DNA of 64,000 nucleotides from Narcine bancroftii (taxonomy: Eukaryota): positions 73,346,001-73,410,000 of the forward strand of contig NC_091481.1 of the NCBI RefSeq assembly GCF_036971445.1, written 5' to 3'. Every line of letters starts with the position of its first letter. The stretch's first letter is position 1. The translations under genes were made by a program, and so were the position numbers. The notes under the pieces are model-generated. The model was not told the origin of the DNA, searched no databases, and saw nothing but the letters and a program-made list of their open reading frames with translations. Below, one piece after another: positions 38,768-51,211 of this stretch.

Positions 38768-39124
38768 GTAAGATGGGCATATTCATAGGATACATGTAAT
38801 ACAAACTTTTGCATGATGTATGTGCCATAATATTTTTGGTCAGAAAAGGGAGCAATGACATTAAATATTAAACTTCATTAAAGCCGTGGACCTATCAGCT
38901 CAGCAGGCCTTGTCAGGATGTTCCCTGCAGGTGAACAGTAGTTCTAATCTTCTCGCCCTGTTGACATGTCTCTTCAAACTTTTGGAAAGAAATTTTGCCT
39001 CTCATTTTTTAATTGTTTGCATTCTTAACCCTTCATATAATGTTCCATTGATTGTGTGATGGGTTTATTATGAAGAACCTTTTGTGAATCTTAGTCATTC
39101 CAAGCAGGGCTAATCACTTGCCTT

Positions 39125-39350
39125 GGTGGTATGGTAAGCGTAGTGGTTAGCGCAATGCCTTTACAGCGCCAGCAATTGGGACTGGACTGAGGTTCAAATC
39201 CTGCACTGTCCTTAAGGAGTTTGTACGTTCTCTGGTTTTCTCTAGAGGCTCTGGTTTCCTCCCACCGGGACTGTAGATTAATTGGGGGTAAATTGGAGGC
39301 ATGGACATGTGGGCTGAAATGGCCTGTTACAGAGCTGTATGTCTAAATAA
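39125..39350 (+). mobile_element. tRNA-derived V-SINE (HE1-like)
   Basis: A/B-box-like head 'gtagtggttagcgcaatgc...ggttcaaatcc' followed by 'aaggagtttgtacgttctc...ggtttcctcccac'. Other copies: 44665-44878 (+), 46625-46800 (-), 47520-47720 (+), 54383-54610 (+). Confidence 0.75.
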
Positions 39351-40405
39351 AATTAAAACATAATGTTGGAGAAACTCAGCAGGTCAAACTTTATACGACA
39401 AAGATAAAGGAACAGAACCAACATTTCATGCTTGAGCCCTTCATCAAAGTATGGACAAAATGTAGGCAGGCGCCTAGTTTGTTTTGAATATTTTACTTTT
39501 GATTTTCAAAGACTCACACAAAGTCAAACAAACAACACAATCTCTTTCTACAATAGTACATAACATACAGGGTCTATTTTTTCCCTCACCCCTCTCCTTT
39601 CCCTCCCATACCCTAATACAACAAAGAAAATATTATATAAATTAAACAAATACAAAGAACAGCATTTTGTTAAAGTCAAAAACATTTAAGGGAACTTTAG
39701 AAAAACCCAAAGTAACTTAAAATAAAAAAGTTAAGGAACAAAATACAAGAGCACGTTATTTGTGCCACAACCCACTTGACTGATTTCAATCCTTTCACTA
39801 CTGGCATGGATTGTTGCATTTCCTTTATTCAGAAGGGATATAATTATATCTGCGCACCAATGCATTGTATATAAGGTTGTCACATCCTAATGAAAGCACC
39901 ATATTTCTTCCTCGTATTGTATGTGATTTTCTCCAGGGGAATACAACTCTGCATTTCCATATTCCATCATGTAATATTTAGTTGGGAGACGGACTTCCAC
40001 GTGACCGCTATACACTTTCTGGCTACCGACAAGGCGACCTTCACAAACTGAATTAGGTGTTTGGATGGCAGGTGCCTGGTTCATTGGTTATGTACCTTTA
40101 CCTTTGTGATATAAAGTATACAAAGCACTTTGTCCTAATTTTCTCTCTGGTAGCTATTGAGTTGAAAGAAAGGAAAATCTAAAGAAGCAGTTGCCATCGT
40201 AGCATGGAGAGAGGAGAAACAAGAGTGATTGAGATGGGTGATTTAAAAAGACCATCCAGTGGATAGTTTCAGCTGCACGGTTTCTTGGCTCCTCATTGTG
40301 TTCGTTCAGTAAAGTTTCCAGCAATGTTTTTTTTAATTTATCTTCAAATCATTTGAATTTCTGTGGGAGTAGATTCCATGTTAAATGATGCTTTGTATTT
40401 AACAG

Positions 40406-40499
40406 AACAAGAAGCAGCGAATGATGGTGCGGGCAGCTGTGCTCAAGATGAAGGACCCCAAACAAATAATCAAGGACATGGAGAAACTGGATGAAATGG
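40406..40499 (+). CDS. WBP11: WBP11 coding exon 3
   Basis: NKKQRMMVRAAVLKMKDPKQIIKDMEKLDEM(E); AG/GT boundaries; 94 nt. Confidence 0.97.
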
Positions 40500-41001
40500 G
40501 TAAAGAACAATTGGTAAAATATTCCAGCAAAGAAGTACAGCACAATTTTATTAAGAATATATTAAGATATTTGGGTAACCCCATTATATTTTAATTATGT
40601 TACTGTCCAATTTAATTTTTGGAGTGAGATTGACAGCTGGATTGGATATCACAATATAACCCCTAATATTTCATTCTCAACAGCAACTATCATGCCATTT
40701 AAGTCTAATTCCCATTAAAATTTGAGTATCTGGCTCTATTTATTGGATGACTTAATGTTCCAGCTAGTTTTTATTTAGAATAAACAGCAAACTTTAAAAT
40801 CTGATCAGTATACATCTGGTTCATGGTCAGGAGACCACAAGGCTGCATCATGTTGTCAGGATGGGGTTTGGCTCATTGTTTTTGTTTGCAACAGAATTTT
40901 GATGGTATTTCATGTGCAAGTTTGATACTCGATTCTTTCAGTGCAAAGACGTTGGATTGGTATGCCAGTGTGAGATGACCTTTCCCTCCAATATTCTGCA
41001 G

Positions 41002-41198
41002 AGTTCAATCCTGTTCAGCAACCCCAGCTCAATGAGAAAGTATTGAAAGATAAGCGGAAAAAGCTCCGAGAGACTTTTGAGAGAATTCTACGTCTGTATG
41101 AGAAGGAAAATACAGATTTTTATAAGGAACTGCGAAAGCTTGAGACCGAATATGAACAGAAACGATCCCAACTCTGCCAGTTCTTTGATGCTGTCAAG
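41002..41198 (+). CDS. WBP11: WBP11 coding exon 4
   Basis: FNPVQQPQLNEKVLKDKRKKLRETFERILRLYEKENTDFYKELRKLETEYEQKRSQLCQFFDAVK; 197 nt. Confidence 0.97.
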
Positions 41199-41319
41199 GT
41201 GAGGATGAGTTGGAGCCTTTGTCTGCATTCAGAAATGTTTACATGTAAATTTGTTATATGGAATATTCCCGCTTTTCATTTCTGTTGAAGGTTACCATAA
41301 AATAGTGATATTTTTAATT

Positions 41320-42100
41320 GCTGCACCATTTCATCAGATGCAAGGATCGACAACAAGATAGACAACACTCTCCAAGGCAAATAGCGCCTTTGGAAGACTA
41401 CACAAAAGAGTCTGGAAAAACAACCAACTGAAAAACCTCACAAAGATTAGCGTATACAGAGCCGTTGTCATACCCACACTCCTGTTCGGCTCCGAATCAT
41501 GGGTCCTCTACCGGCATCACCTACGGCTCCTAGAACGCTTCCACCAGCGTTGTCTCCGCTCCATCCTCAAAATTCATTGGAGCGACTTCATCCCTAACAT
41601 CGAAGTACTCGAGATGGCAGAGGCCGACAGCATCGAGTCCACGCTGCTGAAGATCCAGCTGCGCTGGGTGGGTCACGTCTCCAGAATGGAGGACCATCGC
41701 CTTCCCAAGATCGTGTTATATGGCGAGCTCTCCACTGGCCACCGTGACAGAGGTGCACCAAAGAAAAGGTACAAGGACTGCCTAAAGAAATCTCTTGGTG
41801 CCTGCCACATTGACCACCGCCAGTGGGCTGATATTGCCTCAAACCATGCATCTTGGCGCCTCACAGTTCGGCGGGCAGCAACCTCCTTTGAAGAAGACCG
41901 CAGAGCCCACCTCACTGACAAAAGACAAAGGAGGAAAAACCCAACACCCTACCCCAACCAACCAATTTTCCCCTGCAACGGCTGCAACCGTGTCTGCCTG
42001 TCCCGCATCGGACTTGTCAGCCACAATCGAGCCTGCAGCTGACGTGGACCTTTACCCCTCCATAAATCTTCATCCGCGAAGCCAAGCCAAAGAAAAGAGA
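41320..42100 (+). mobile_element. RTE-clade LINE, 5'-truncated and young (AviRTE-like)
   Basis: Reads KANSAFGRLHKRVW...TKISVYRAVVIPTLLFGSESW...QLRWVGHVSRMEDHRLPKIVLYGEL...CNGCNRVCLSRIGLVSHNRAC, with 3' tail 'aaatcttcatccgcgaagccaagccaaagaaaaga'. CpGs are retained. Confidence 0.9.
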
Positions 42101-44354
42101 GCTTTGTACTTGTCATTCCCATATTTAATTTCCTTTTTTTTGGACCCTAGTTTTGTGCATTTCTCCGTTTCCCTCCATTGCCCTCACTTGCATTGTCAGA
42201 ATATCTCGTGTGCCCATTCTAAGTGACAAGGAATTGACTGGTGTATGAGCTGTGTATTTGAAATGAAGACCATGTTTGGTTAAAGCCCTGTTATCTGGGA
42301 TTCAAGCAATAGGCAAAAGAATTTGCAGAAAATAAATGGGTAAAAAAAATACGCGTCTAAAATTGGCATGCCTCGCCGTTAATTCTCCATTCACACAGCA
42401 CGCAGTCTCAAGCAACCGGGAAATTCCCTTATCCGGCATCTACCAATCCTTACAGGAGCTGGATACGAGGGAGTTTACTGAACTAATGCCGTCCCTGAAG
42501 ATAATACAGGGGTTCCCATAGTTACAGAAGATTGGAAATCTGACCATGCATTAGTTTTTAAAAGAATTTGTCAAGATAAGAAAATTAGTTACCAAAGTAA
42601 AATCATATTCTGGAGTTGTAGAACAGAGGTAGCAACTTGTTAATTCAAAAAGCAATCAGTCTTCAAAAACTGTTTCCACAAAGCCTCCCTGGAGGAATCA
42701 AACTGACCCAATGGTCTGTGTAAAAACACAGACAGCCAGTTCATGGCCAGAAGATACTCAAGAGATTTGCTTTGGAAACTGACAAGACAATCTCTCCTAT
42801 TGATATTTGTGAAATGATATCTGAAACTTCATATTGGATGTGTGACATTCATGTTCTTCTGGCTATGCATCCTGTAGATGATGATGGTTCTTTTCAGTCA
42901 GTTTGTGGGGTTTATATGCAACTCCTGAGAAAGGAACAGTGTATGCATAAATGGATTTTAGGTGAGTAGGGGGTTGCACAGATCCTCTCAACATCACCTC
43001 CTGGATCCAGCAGCATGGTGAGGTCCAAGACGGCTGGAGGAAGATCTGTTGCAGTGAATGGCCAGACCAAGCTTCGATGCACGGGATGCTCTTTTCACGC
43101 TTCGTGGCACATGTTTGCTTAGCTGGCTGTTGACCCTACAAGAGGGTTCGTCTGCCCTTTGACAGGTCTTGTTTTTCATCCTGCAGGGTTTCTAGCCACT
43201 CTCTGCACCAGGCAAGCCTGTTGGGGGAGCCGGTTTAATCTCTGACCATGCGACAGGTAGAACTGGGTTACATGGTACCAGTAGCACTCAGATGAGTGAC
43301 CCGACACCGCTTTCATGTTAATCACCTTGCAATGAAATTGTTCATTTCTGACTTACAGAAAAAATAATTTACAAACAGTTCTCAGGAACAGAATCCCAAT
43401 GAAACCTGTATTACTTTCCTCTGCTTTTTGCAGAGTTTTTAACATCAAGCTATTTATCTGGTCCTCTGGGTCAAAACACAAGCTGCTGTGGAATCTTGTC
43501 CTTGTACTTGGTGTTCCAGATGTGACTGCCTCTATGTTGGTGAGACCAACTGCAGACTAGGTGACCTGCCTGCAGTCACCATCCTAAGCTTCTGGTTGCA
43601 TGCCTTTTCACTTTTTCTTTCCAATCTCAAGTTGACCTGTCCATCCTCATCCTCACCGTTCTCCATTGTCACTATTCAACTATTCATATCCTGCCTATGT
43701 AGTCTACAACCCATTCACTTTTTCAATTGCATGCAACCTTTAGGCCTGTGTTTCCATCCGTTTTTCTGTTTGATTCACCCCCGGTCCTTCCATTTTTGTT
43801 TCCATTTCCATATCCACACCCCCCCCCCCCCACCCATTTTCATTCACATCCTGGTTCCCATGCATGTCACTGATGGATCGCTCCCTCATCTGATTCCAAC
43901 TATCCTTCATCTCTCCTTTAACATTTCCCATGATCATATTCCTAAACTGGTAACCTTTGTATCCCTGCTTATTGCCCCCTCCACCTCTAACTCCACCTTG
44001 TCTGCTTACATCTACCACTTGGCTGAGTTCCTCCAGCAGTCTGTCTTTGCTTCGGATTCCAGCACCTGCTGTCTCTGGTGTCTCGATCTGGTCATCTGAC
44101 CAGGGTAGAAAAACAATCTGATGGATAACTGTTCAGAATACTGTTCAAACTGATCTCTGGAACTGCCAGGCAGTTGGTGGTGAAACCCTGACAGTTTCAC
44201 ATTGGGTTTCTTTTAAGTAAAATAATTCTCAAAGCAAACAAAATAATGTGCGTTAAAGATTGTTGTCCTTTCGTGCCGGAGGATTGTGAAAATCCTGAGA
44301 GAAACACACAATCCAGAGGAACCTTTTGTAAGAATGTGTCTGCTTGTTTGACAG

Positions 44355-44488
44355 AATGCCCAACATGTGGAGGTGGAGAGTATTCCACTGCCAGATATGC
44401 CTCATGCACCATCAAACATCATGATTCAGGACATACCCCTCCCTGGAGCCCAGCCACCATCCATACTGAAGAAAACATCAGCTTATGG
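44355..44488 (+). CDS. WBP11: WBP11 coding exon 5
   Basis: NAQHVEVESIPLPDMPHAPSNIMIQDIPLPGAQPPSILKKTSAY(G); 134 nt. Confidence 0.97.
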
Positions 44489-46961
44489 GTGAGCAGTAAT
44501 GACATTGCTTGAGAAAAACTTGGACGAGTGGGTGAGAAAGGAATATTTAAAGCCAGAAACATTATAACTTTGGATATACAGCTGAGTATTTTCTAGTATC
44601 TTAATGCAGTGGGAAACAGTGTTTGTTGAGAGGGCCAGACTGACAATCCAACCACTTAAGCAGGGTTATTGTCGTGGTTAGTGCAATGCTGTTACAGCGC
44701 CAGCAACCGGAGTTCAAATCCGGCGCTGTCTGTTAGGAGTTTGTATGTTCTCCCCATGTCTGTGTGGGTTTCCTCCCACTTTTCAAAATGTACGGGGGTT
44801 GTAGGTTAATTGGGTGAAACGGGTTCATGAGCTGGAAGGCCCTGTTACTGTGCTGTGGGTCTAAATTTAAATTTAAACAAAGATAAAAGTCCTGGACCTT
44901 GCCAGTATTGTTTAGTTTGTGCTCTGATACTGGATATGTCTGAGAGTCAAGCAGCCGAGAGGTAATTTCCTGTGATTCTCAAGCATCCATAAACACTGTT
45001 TTAACAGCCTGTAAATCCAAAAGCAAAACACTGCAAATGTTGGAGATGAAAATTAAAATGGTGGAAGTGGTCTGTGGCGTGAGAAACGGAGTTAGTGTTT
45101 CACATTTAGCTGCTCATCAGAACCTGGATGTGGCTTAGATATCTGTCAAAATATAAACGTCTGTCATCACCTGGATGACATGCTATGATTTTGAAGCTGG
45201 AGAATCCACCTCAGTTGAGTGAGAAGTGCAGAAGGATTTGCCTGACATACTTAACAATGATAAGCTGGAGTACAAGACCACTTGCATGCTAAACCAATGA
45301 AAGCAGCATGGAACAGACAGCCAATCAATCATACATTTAATGTTCCAGGTCAAGGCTTGGAGGCCAAACATAGACAGATATTAAAGGTGGACAGTTCCAA
45401 TGCTAATTGGAAGAGGAGGTACCAAGAATGTGTCCATCCTCAATGAAGATAGGGCCTAGCTTGTGAACGTAAAAGGCCAAAAAATTAGCAGTTGTGTTCA
45501 GCCAGAATACTTCCTTTTGATTTCCTTTTGCTATCCTAACCATCAAAGAACACAGTCTTAAACCAATGTCATGCACTCCATGTGATATCAGGAAATAGTT
45601 GGGGGACGCTGAATATTGTAAGGGCTGAAGAACCAGACGCCTACCAGAGACTTGTGCTCCAGAACTAGCTACACCTCTACTCGAGTTGTTTCATGAAAGA
45701 TGCACTTTTTTTTGTAATTCTTTATTTATTGCACTATGAACCATATCAACCAATATATTTACAGATACATCTCTTTAAATATTCACAGTGACATTTTCTC
45801 TTTTTTTCCCCCATCCCTCCCTTTCCCCTTCCCACCCCCCCTCCAAAAGCAGTAAATATTGAACATATAAAATACAATAAAACAATATCTTTATACAAAA
45901 GGAATACAAACAAAAAAGACGCATCATCTACTTACACACATGAAATCTGATCATGTTTATCTTCTTATCATTTTAGGTGGTGATGGTCTGAGGCCTGCTC
46001 TTTCTGTTATGTTCCATATATGGTTCCCAGGTTTTTTCAAACATTGAAACTTTGTCTTTTAAATTATATGTGATTTTTTTTTTTCCAATGGGATACACTT
46101 AAAGTTGGTTATATATTCCGTTAATGTTTATAGTCATATAGTCCAACGTGGCCATCTTGTATCTTTATTTTCACTTCTTTTCTGCCTCTTCACCACCTCC
46201 ATCCCCTTTTTTTCCATTACTGTTTTTTAAGTTTTCCTTTTTAATCTCAATATATGACAACACGCTTTAGACATGAAATACCCCAACAATCCTCACAAGC
46301 AATAACCCTTTAACCCCAAATGAACCTCCCCTCCTTGGATTGCCCCATGTCCCTTGACGGCAACCACAACTCCCCTTTCCATTTGGTTTGCGAACTTACT
46401 CGCAAGCGTATGAAAGATACACTTGAAGCCATCTAAGTATGGCAAGTAGGGCCCGGGTATGCCCCACACACAAAAAACGTTGGACAAATCCAATCTGGCT
46501 AAATGTGACCCGGTCAATCTACCCACAATTATCAGCTAAGCTGTAGGCTGTCTTGCGGGAACTTGCTAAGCTCAATCAGCATTTGAGGGTGAGGATGTAA
46601 TTCATTTCCCACATTAAGCTTTTCTAAATTCAAATTTAGACATACAGCATGGTAACAGACCATTTTGGCCCACAAGCCCATGCCATCTCATTGATCTACA
46701 ACCCCCGGTACATTTTGAAGAGTGGGAGGAATCCAGAGCTCTCAGAGGAAACCCATGCAGACACGGGAAGAATGGACAGACAACTTACAGACAGTGCTGG
46801 ATGTCTGTCTTAATGAGACAAGTTGATGAAAAGGGCATGAAATGTTTTTAATATTAAGTACTTGGAATTGCAGACATCTATTTGGTTTGAGCAATACAAA
46901 GTGCCTTAGTTTTAGTGGGTCTTTTGTGGGAAAGTGCCATAATGATGTTTCTGTTCTACAG

Positions 46962-47161
46962 ACCACCCTCCAAACCTGTTACCCTCGTGCCCCTTCCTTC
47001 CTATGGGGTTCCGCGTTTGCCACCTGGTAAGAAACCACCTGGTCCTCCCCCGGGTCCTCCACCACCACAGGTGTTAGCACTTTATGCTCGCAGGATGGGC
47101 CCTCCTCCAGGTTTACCTCTGAAGGGAAAAGATGAAGATAATGTATATGATCCTGAAATAG
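46962..47161 (+). CDS. WBP11: WBP11 coding exon 6
   Basis: PPSKPVTLVPLPSYGVPRLPPGKKPPGPPPGPPPPQVLALYARRMG...VYDPEI; 200 nt; donor G|gtaaga. Confidence 0.95.
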
Positions 47162-47280
47162 GTAAGACATCTTATTTAGATGCTGATGGACCTGTTTTGT
47201 GGCTGTCCTCTTGTGTTGCTCTGGTACGATGGTGTTATTTTGAGAATGATTCTGCAGTGCTCCGGTTCTTTGCCTTTCAG

Positions 47281-47487
47281 CTATTCAGGATATGCAAGAG
47301 GAGGAGGAGGAGGAGGAGGAGGACAGTGGAGATGATTACAATGATGGCATGGAACAGGATCAAGCTGGAGATCGAGAGGATCAGGACGATGACAGCGATG
47401 ATTCAAAAGATAAAGACACTGAGGATGAAGACGATGATTTCCGCCATCGAGATGAAGATGATGACCACCTGGATGATGATAAACCAG
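47281..47487 (+). CDS. WBP11: WBP11 coding exon 7 (acidic)
   Basis: ctttcag|CT ATT CAG GAT ATG CAA GAG...GAT AAA CCA G|gtgcat; D/E-rich; 207 nt; phase 1-1. Confidence 0.9.
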
Positions 47488-48514
47488 GTGCATGATGGGT
47501 CGTTGATGGATAGATTTCACATTGTGGCACAGTTAGCTCAGTGCCAGAACAGCGCCAGCAATTGAGACCGGGGTTGGGATCCCGCGCTGTCTGTATGTTC
47601 TCCCCAGGTCTGTGTGGGTCTTACCTAGGGGCTCAAAACACATCGGGGGTTGTAGGTCAATTGGGCGCCGTGAGCTCGTGGGCCTAAAGTGCCTGTTACA
47701 GTGCTTTATGTTTAAATTTTTAAAAAAAATTAAATATTTGTGTTAAGTAGTGCTCTCAGTTCTCTTCACGTTGTCTGTGGAATGATGGAATTGACTGTGC
47801 TTTGTAGTAACATCTACATCACACTGTATATAAGGGCTCCAGTTCGTTGATGAATCCATGTTCAATAATACACACTAATGGGTACTTAACTGAAAATTGA
47901 GCCTGGAGCTGTTGCTTTGCAAGTGTCTGATATCTAGGCGTTCATTTTACGTTGACTGCAAAAGAACACAAAAACATAATAGGAGCAGGAGTCGGCCATT
48001 CAGCCCGCCAAGCCTGCTCTGCCATTGAATGAGATCATGGCTGATCTAATAGGCTCATCTTCACCTCAGTGCCTTTTCCCCATAATTCCCCTAGTATGTA
48101 AAAGTCTATCCACCCTTGTCTTAAATATATTTACTGATGTCATCTCAAGTGGTTTAATGGGCAAGGAATTCCATAGATTCACTACCCTTTTGGAAAAGCA
48201 TTTCGTCCTCATCTCTGTCCTAAATCGACTACCCTGGACCTTGAGGCTATGTCCCTCATTCAGCTAAATTCCAGCTGGTACAGTTCCAGATAACTCAATC
48301 TCTCCTCGTAGGCTAACCCTTTCATCTCTAGAAACAACCTGGTGAACCTCCTCTGCACTGTGTCCATCCTTCCTCAAAGCTCAAGTGGAAATTTACTTAC
48401 AAACCATTTGGGAAAAAAAACAGGGATTTGGTGGTTCTTTTTTATGGCTTGATTTCATTTTGGTTGCTTTTCACCAAACCTTTGAAATATTTTAATGGAA
48501 TATATTCTCCGTAG

Positions 48515-48616
48515 GTCGCATTGTGCGGTTTGCAGACGTGCAGGACAAGAGCAAGAAGAAAAAGAAAAACCTGAAGGAGCTGACTCCACTGCAGGCCATG
48601 ATGCTTCGAATGGCTG
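48515..48616 (+). CDS. WBP11: WBP11 coding exon 8 (PP1-binding RVxF-type motif)
   Basis: (G)RIVRFADVQDKSKKKKKNLKELTPLQAMMLRMA(G); 102 nt; donor G|gtgagt. Confidence 0.96.
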
Positions 48617-49095
48617 GTGAGTACAAATGCCCTTCCTTGGAGGCAGTGTAGATCCACACTGATGTTCCACTGCAGGCCATGATGCTTCGAATGGCTGGTG
48701 AGTACAAATGCCCTTCCTTGGAGGCAGTGTAGACCCACACTGATGTTCCACTGAGGGGCCATGCTGCTTCGAATTGCTGGTGAGTACAAATGCCCTTCCT
48801 TGGAGGCAGTGTAGATCCACACTGATGTTCCACTGCAGGCCATGATGCTTCGAATGGCTGGTGAGTACAAATGCCCTTCCTTGGAGGCAGTGTAGATCCA
48901 CACTGATGTTCCACTGCAGGCCATGATGCTTCGAATGGCTGGTGAGTACAAATGCCCTTCCTTGGAGGCAGTGTAGATCCACACTGATGTTCCACTGCAG
49001 GCCATGATGCTTCGAATGGCTGGTGAGTACAAATGCCCTTCCTTGGAGGCAGTGTAGATCCACACTGATGTTCCACTGAGGGGCCATGCTGCTTC
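48586..49095 (+). repeat. 81-bp tandem array (6 full copies + 1 partial) spanning the exon 8 / intron 8 junction of WBP11
   Basis: Units start at 48586, 48667, 48748 (82-bp variant), 48830, 48911, 48992 and 49073 (partial). Unit: ccactgcaggccatgatgcttcgaatggctg|gtgagtacaaatgcccttccttggaggcagtgtagatccacactgatgtt. Confidence 0.97.
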
Positions 49096-50935
49096 AGATT
49101 GGGATAAAGCAGATGGTGGTGTGCAGATTAATTGTCCAAGTCGTCTTGGCAGCTACTTAAGGAACTTTTGCTGTTGATCCTTTGACCAGTGAGTTTGGGA
49201 AAGTCCTAGTGTTGGGGGCATTTAAAAGACTCTTAGGCAAATGGATGAAAAAATATAGAGGGTTATGAGGTTGGGAGGGTTCAGTTTTATTTGGTAGAAA
49301 CATCTAGATTGGCACAATAGACCGAAGGGCCTGTTCTTTGCTGTAGTGTTCTGTGTTCTAACTTCAAGTAGGGATGCAGGAGCTGACCATAGAGCTCTAT
49401 ATTCTGATATGTCTCAGACTAATTATAATTACTATTCGACAGAGGTGTTTTCATTTAAATATGTGCATTTTTATCCCATTCACTTCTTGTCTCCTGCTGA
49501 TTGTTAGAATTGGAGACTGGAATCTTGTAGAATTTCGGGTCTATGTATTTTATTTAAAACTAATGTTAGAGAGGTAACAAGAATCACTTGAATAGTGTTC
49601 TCACACCTACAATAATTGGTTTTGTTGAGTGTGTGAAGTTTGAAGATTGGGTGTTGATTAAAGGAGCAACTGGGTGTGATTGATTGAGTTCCTTTTGGAT
49701 CAATGCTGGGCCTGGTCTATTTACCACCCATGAAGATGATGTAGAACGTGGGAACAAATATAACATGTTTGAATTTCGTCAGTACAAAGCTGGTTGGAAA
49801 ATATCCTCGTAGGATGCAGGCATGGAGAATTGGGAATGTGTGATGTAGAAAAATTGGGGGGGGAGGGGGGGAATGAAAAAATATGTTTTACAAAGTGACA
49901 GGACCAGTGAAAGTTAATCAGTTGGATTCGGGAGTCCTATATTCACAGAAAGTTAATCTGCAATATTGCAAGGGACCTTGGAATACCATAGGAGGTAATG
50001 TGCAGGGCTCTGCTGAGACCCAGGACATAGCCTTAAAATATCGCTTGGTGTTGAGAAAGTTCTTCATTTGGAGGCTTTGTTCTTTCAGTACATGCATGTC
50101 AGAAATATGTCCTGGGGAATATGGGAAAGTGGAGTTGACTGGAAACTCTACCCGTAGTTTATGGAACAGTGGAGCAGATTGAAGACTTTGTATGGCAAGC
50201 AACTTCTCTGTCCTGTGTTCTTATCTCTGAGCTAGTCAGCAACACTGGGTAGGCAATAACTTTCCAATTTTTTAAAAGTAATTTCCCGACATGCATGTGA
50301 AGTTTGTATTTGTCACTCTCTCCTGGTATTCTCTGATGAAGGATTTCAGGACAGGGATATTGTTACTCTGTGGAATTTGTTTTTCAGGCTTGTTTTGGGT
50401 CTTTTAACTCTTGGGTCATTGCTTTTATGTTTTTCAAGTTTATTATTATCATACAATTTTATAAGAAAAAGCTGGACAAAACGGCATTTTGGTCCTTGGT
50501 GTAAAATCATACAAACACATATAGAGACATATTTACAAGTGATTTATAAAATAAGTAAATATTGTTAAATAAATAGAGTCTCGGAGGGATTGTATGACCT
50601 TGTCATTCAGCATTCTCACTGCCCGTTCCTCAGCTGGCTCTGATCCTCCTGTATCTCTTCCCCGACGGGAGTAGCTGGAAAATGCTGTGTGCATGGTGGA
50701 AGGGTCTTCATTGATTTTGCGCACCCGCTTCAGTCAATGATCCTGGTAGATCATGTCGATATGGGTGGGGGAGGGGGTGGGGGGGAGGTAGGGAGACTCC
50801 AGTGATCCTCTCTGCCACTCTCTACACCAGCCGTACCACACTGTTGGCCAGGATGCCCTAAATAGACCTGCCTTGTCTTTCTAGAGGACTGTGGTGAATG
50901 GTGAAATGAAAATGCAGTGTCTTTTTTCCCAACAG

Positions 50936-51211
50936 GTCAAGATTTCCCAGACGAGGAGGAAGAGGAGGAGCCCAGCACCGAGGGGGCCACTGAAGAGGAG
51001 AAGATGGACACTGAAGAGCAGAGTCATGAAAAACGACAGCTTGAAGAAACACAGCCAGAAGGTCCACAGGTCCCACCGCCAACTCAGATGCCTCCTAGGG
51101 CACCAATGCAAGCTCCACCAATGCCTGGGCCTCCTCCACTTGGACCTCCACCTGCACCTCCACTGAGACCCCCCGGACCACCATCTGGTCTACCACCAGG
51201 GCCACCCCCAG
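50936..51211 (+). CDS. WBP11: WBP11 coding exon 9
   Basis: (G)QDFPDEEEEEEP...QAPPMPGPPPLGPPPAPPLRPPGPPSGLPPGPPP(G); 276 nt. Confidence 0.96.

Noticed and set aside
39125-39210. tRNA-like sequence (also at ~44670, 47525 and 54385)
   Set aside because: These are heads of V-SINE copies followed by the SINE body. No complete cloverleaf could be formed.
43488-44099. 203-aa hydrophobic ORF in a WBP11 intron
   Set aside because: It begins with decayed Penelope GIY-YIG sequence (WCSRC..LYVGET..RLGD) and continues through a pyrimidine-rich PLE tail, so it is not a host gene.
48442-49087. Three ~200-aa repetitive minus-strand ORFs; array resembling a CRISPR locus
   Set aside because: They are by-products of the 81-bp tandem repeat antisense to WBP11. 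The units are contiguous with no unique spacers, there are no cas genes, and the context is eukaryotic.
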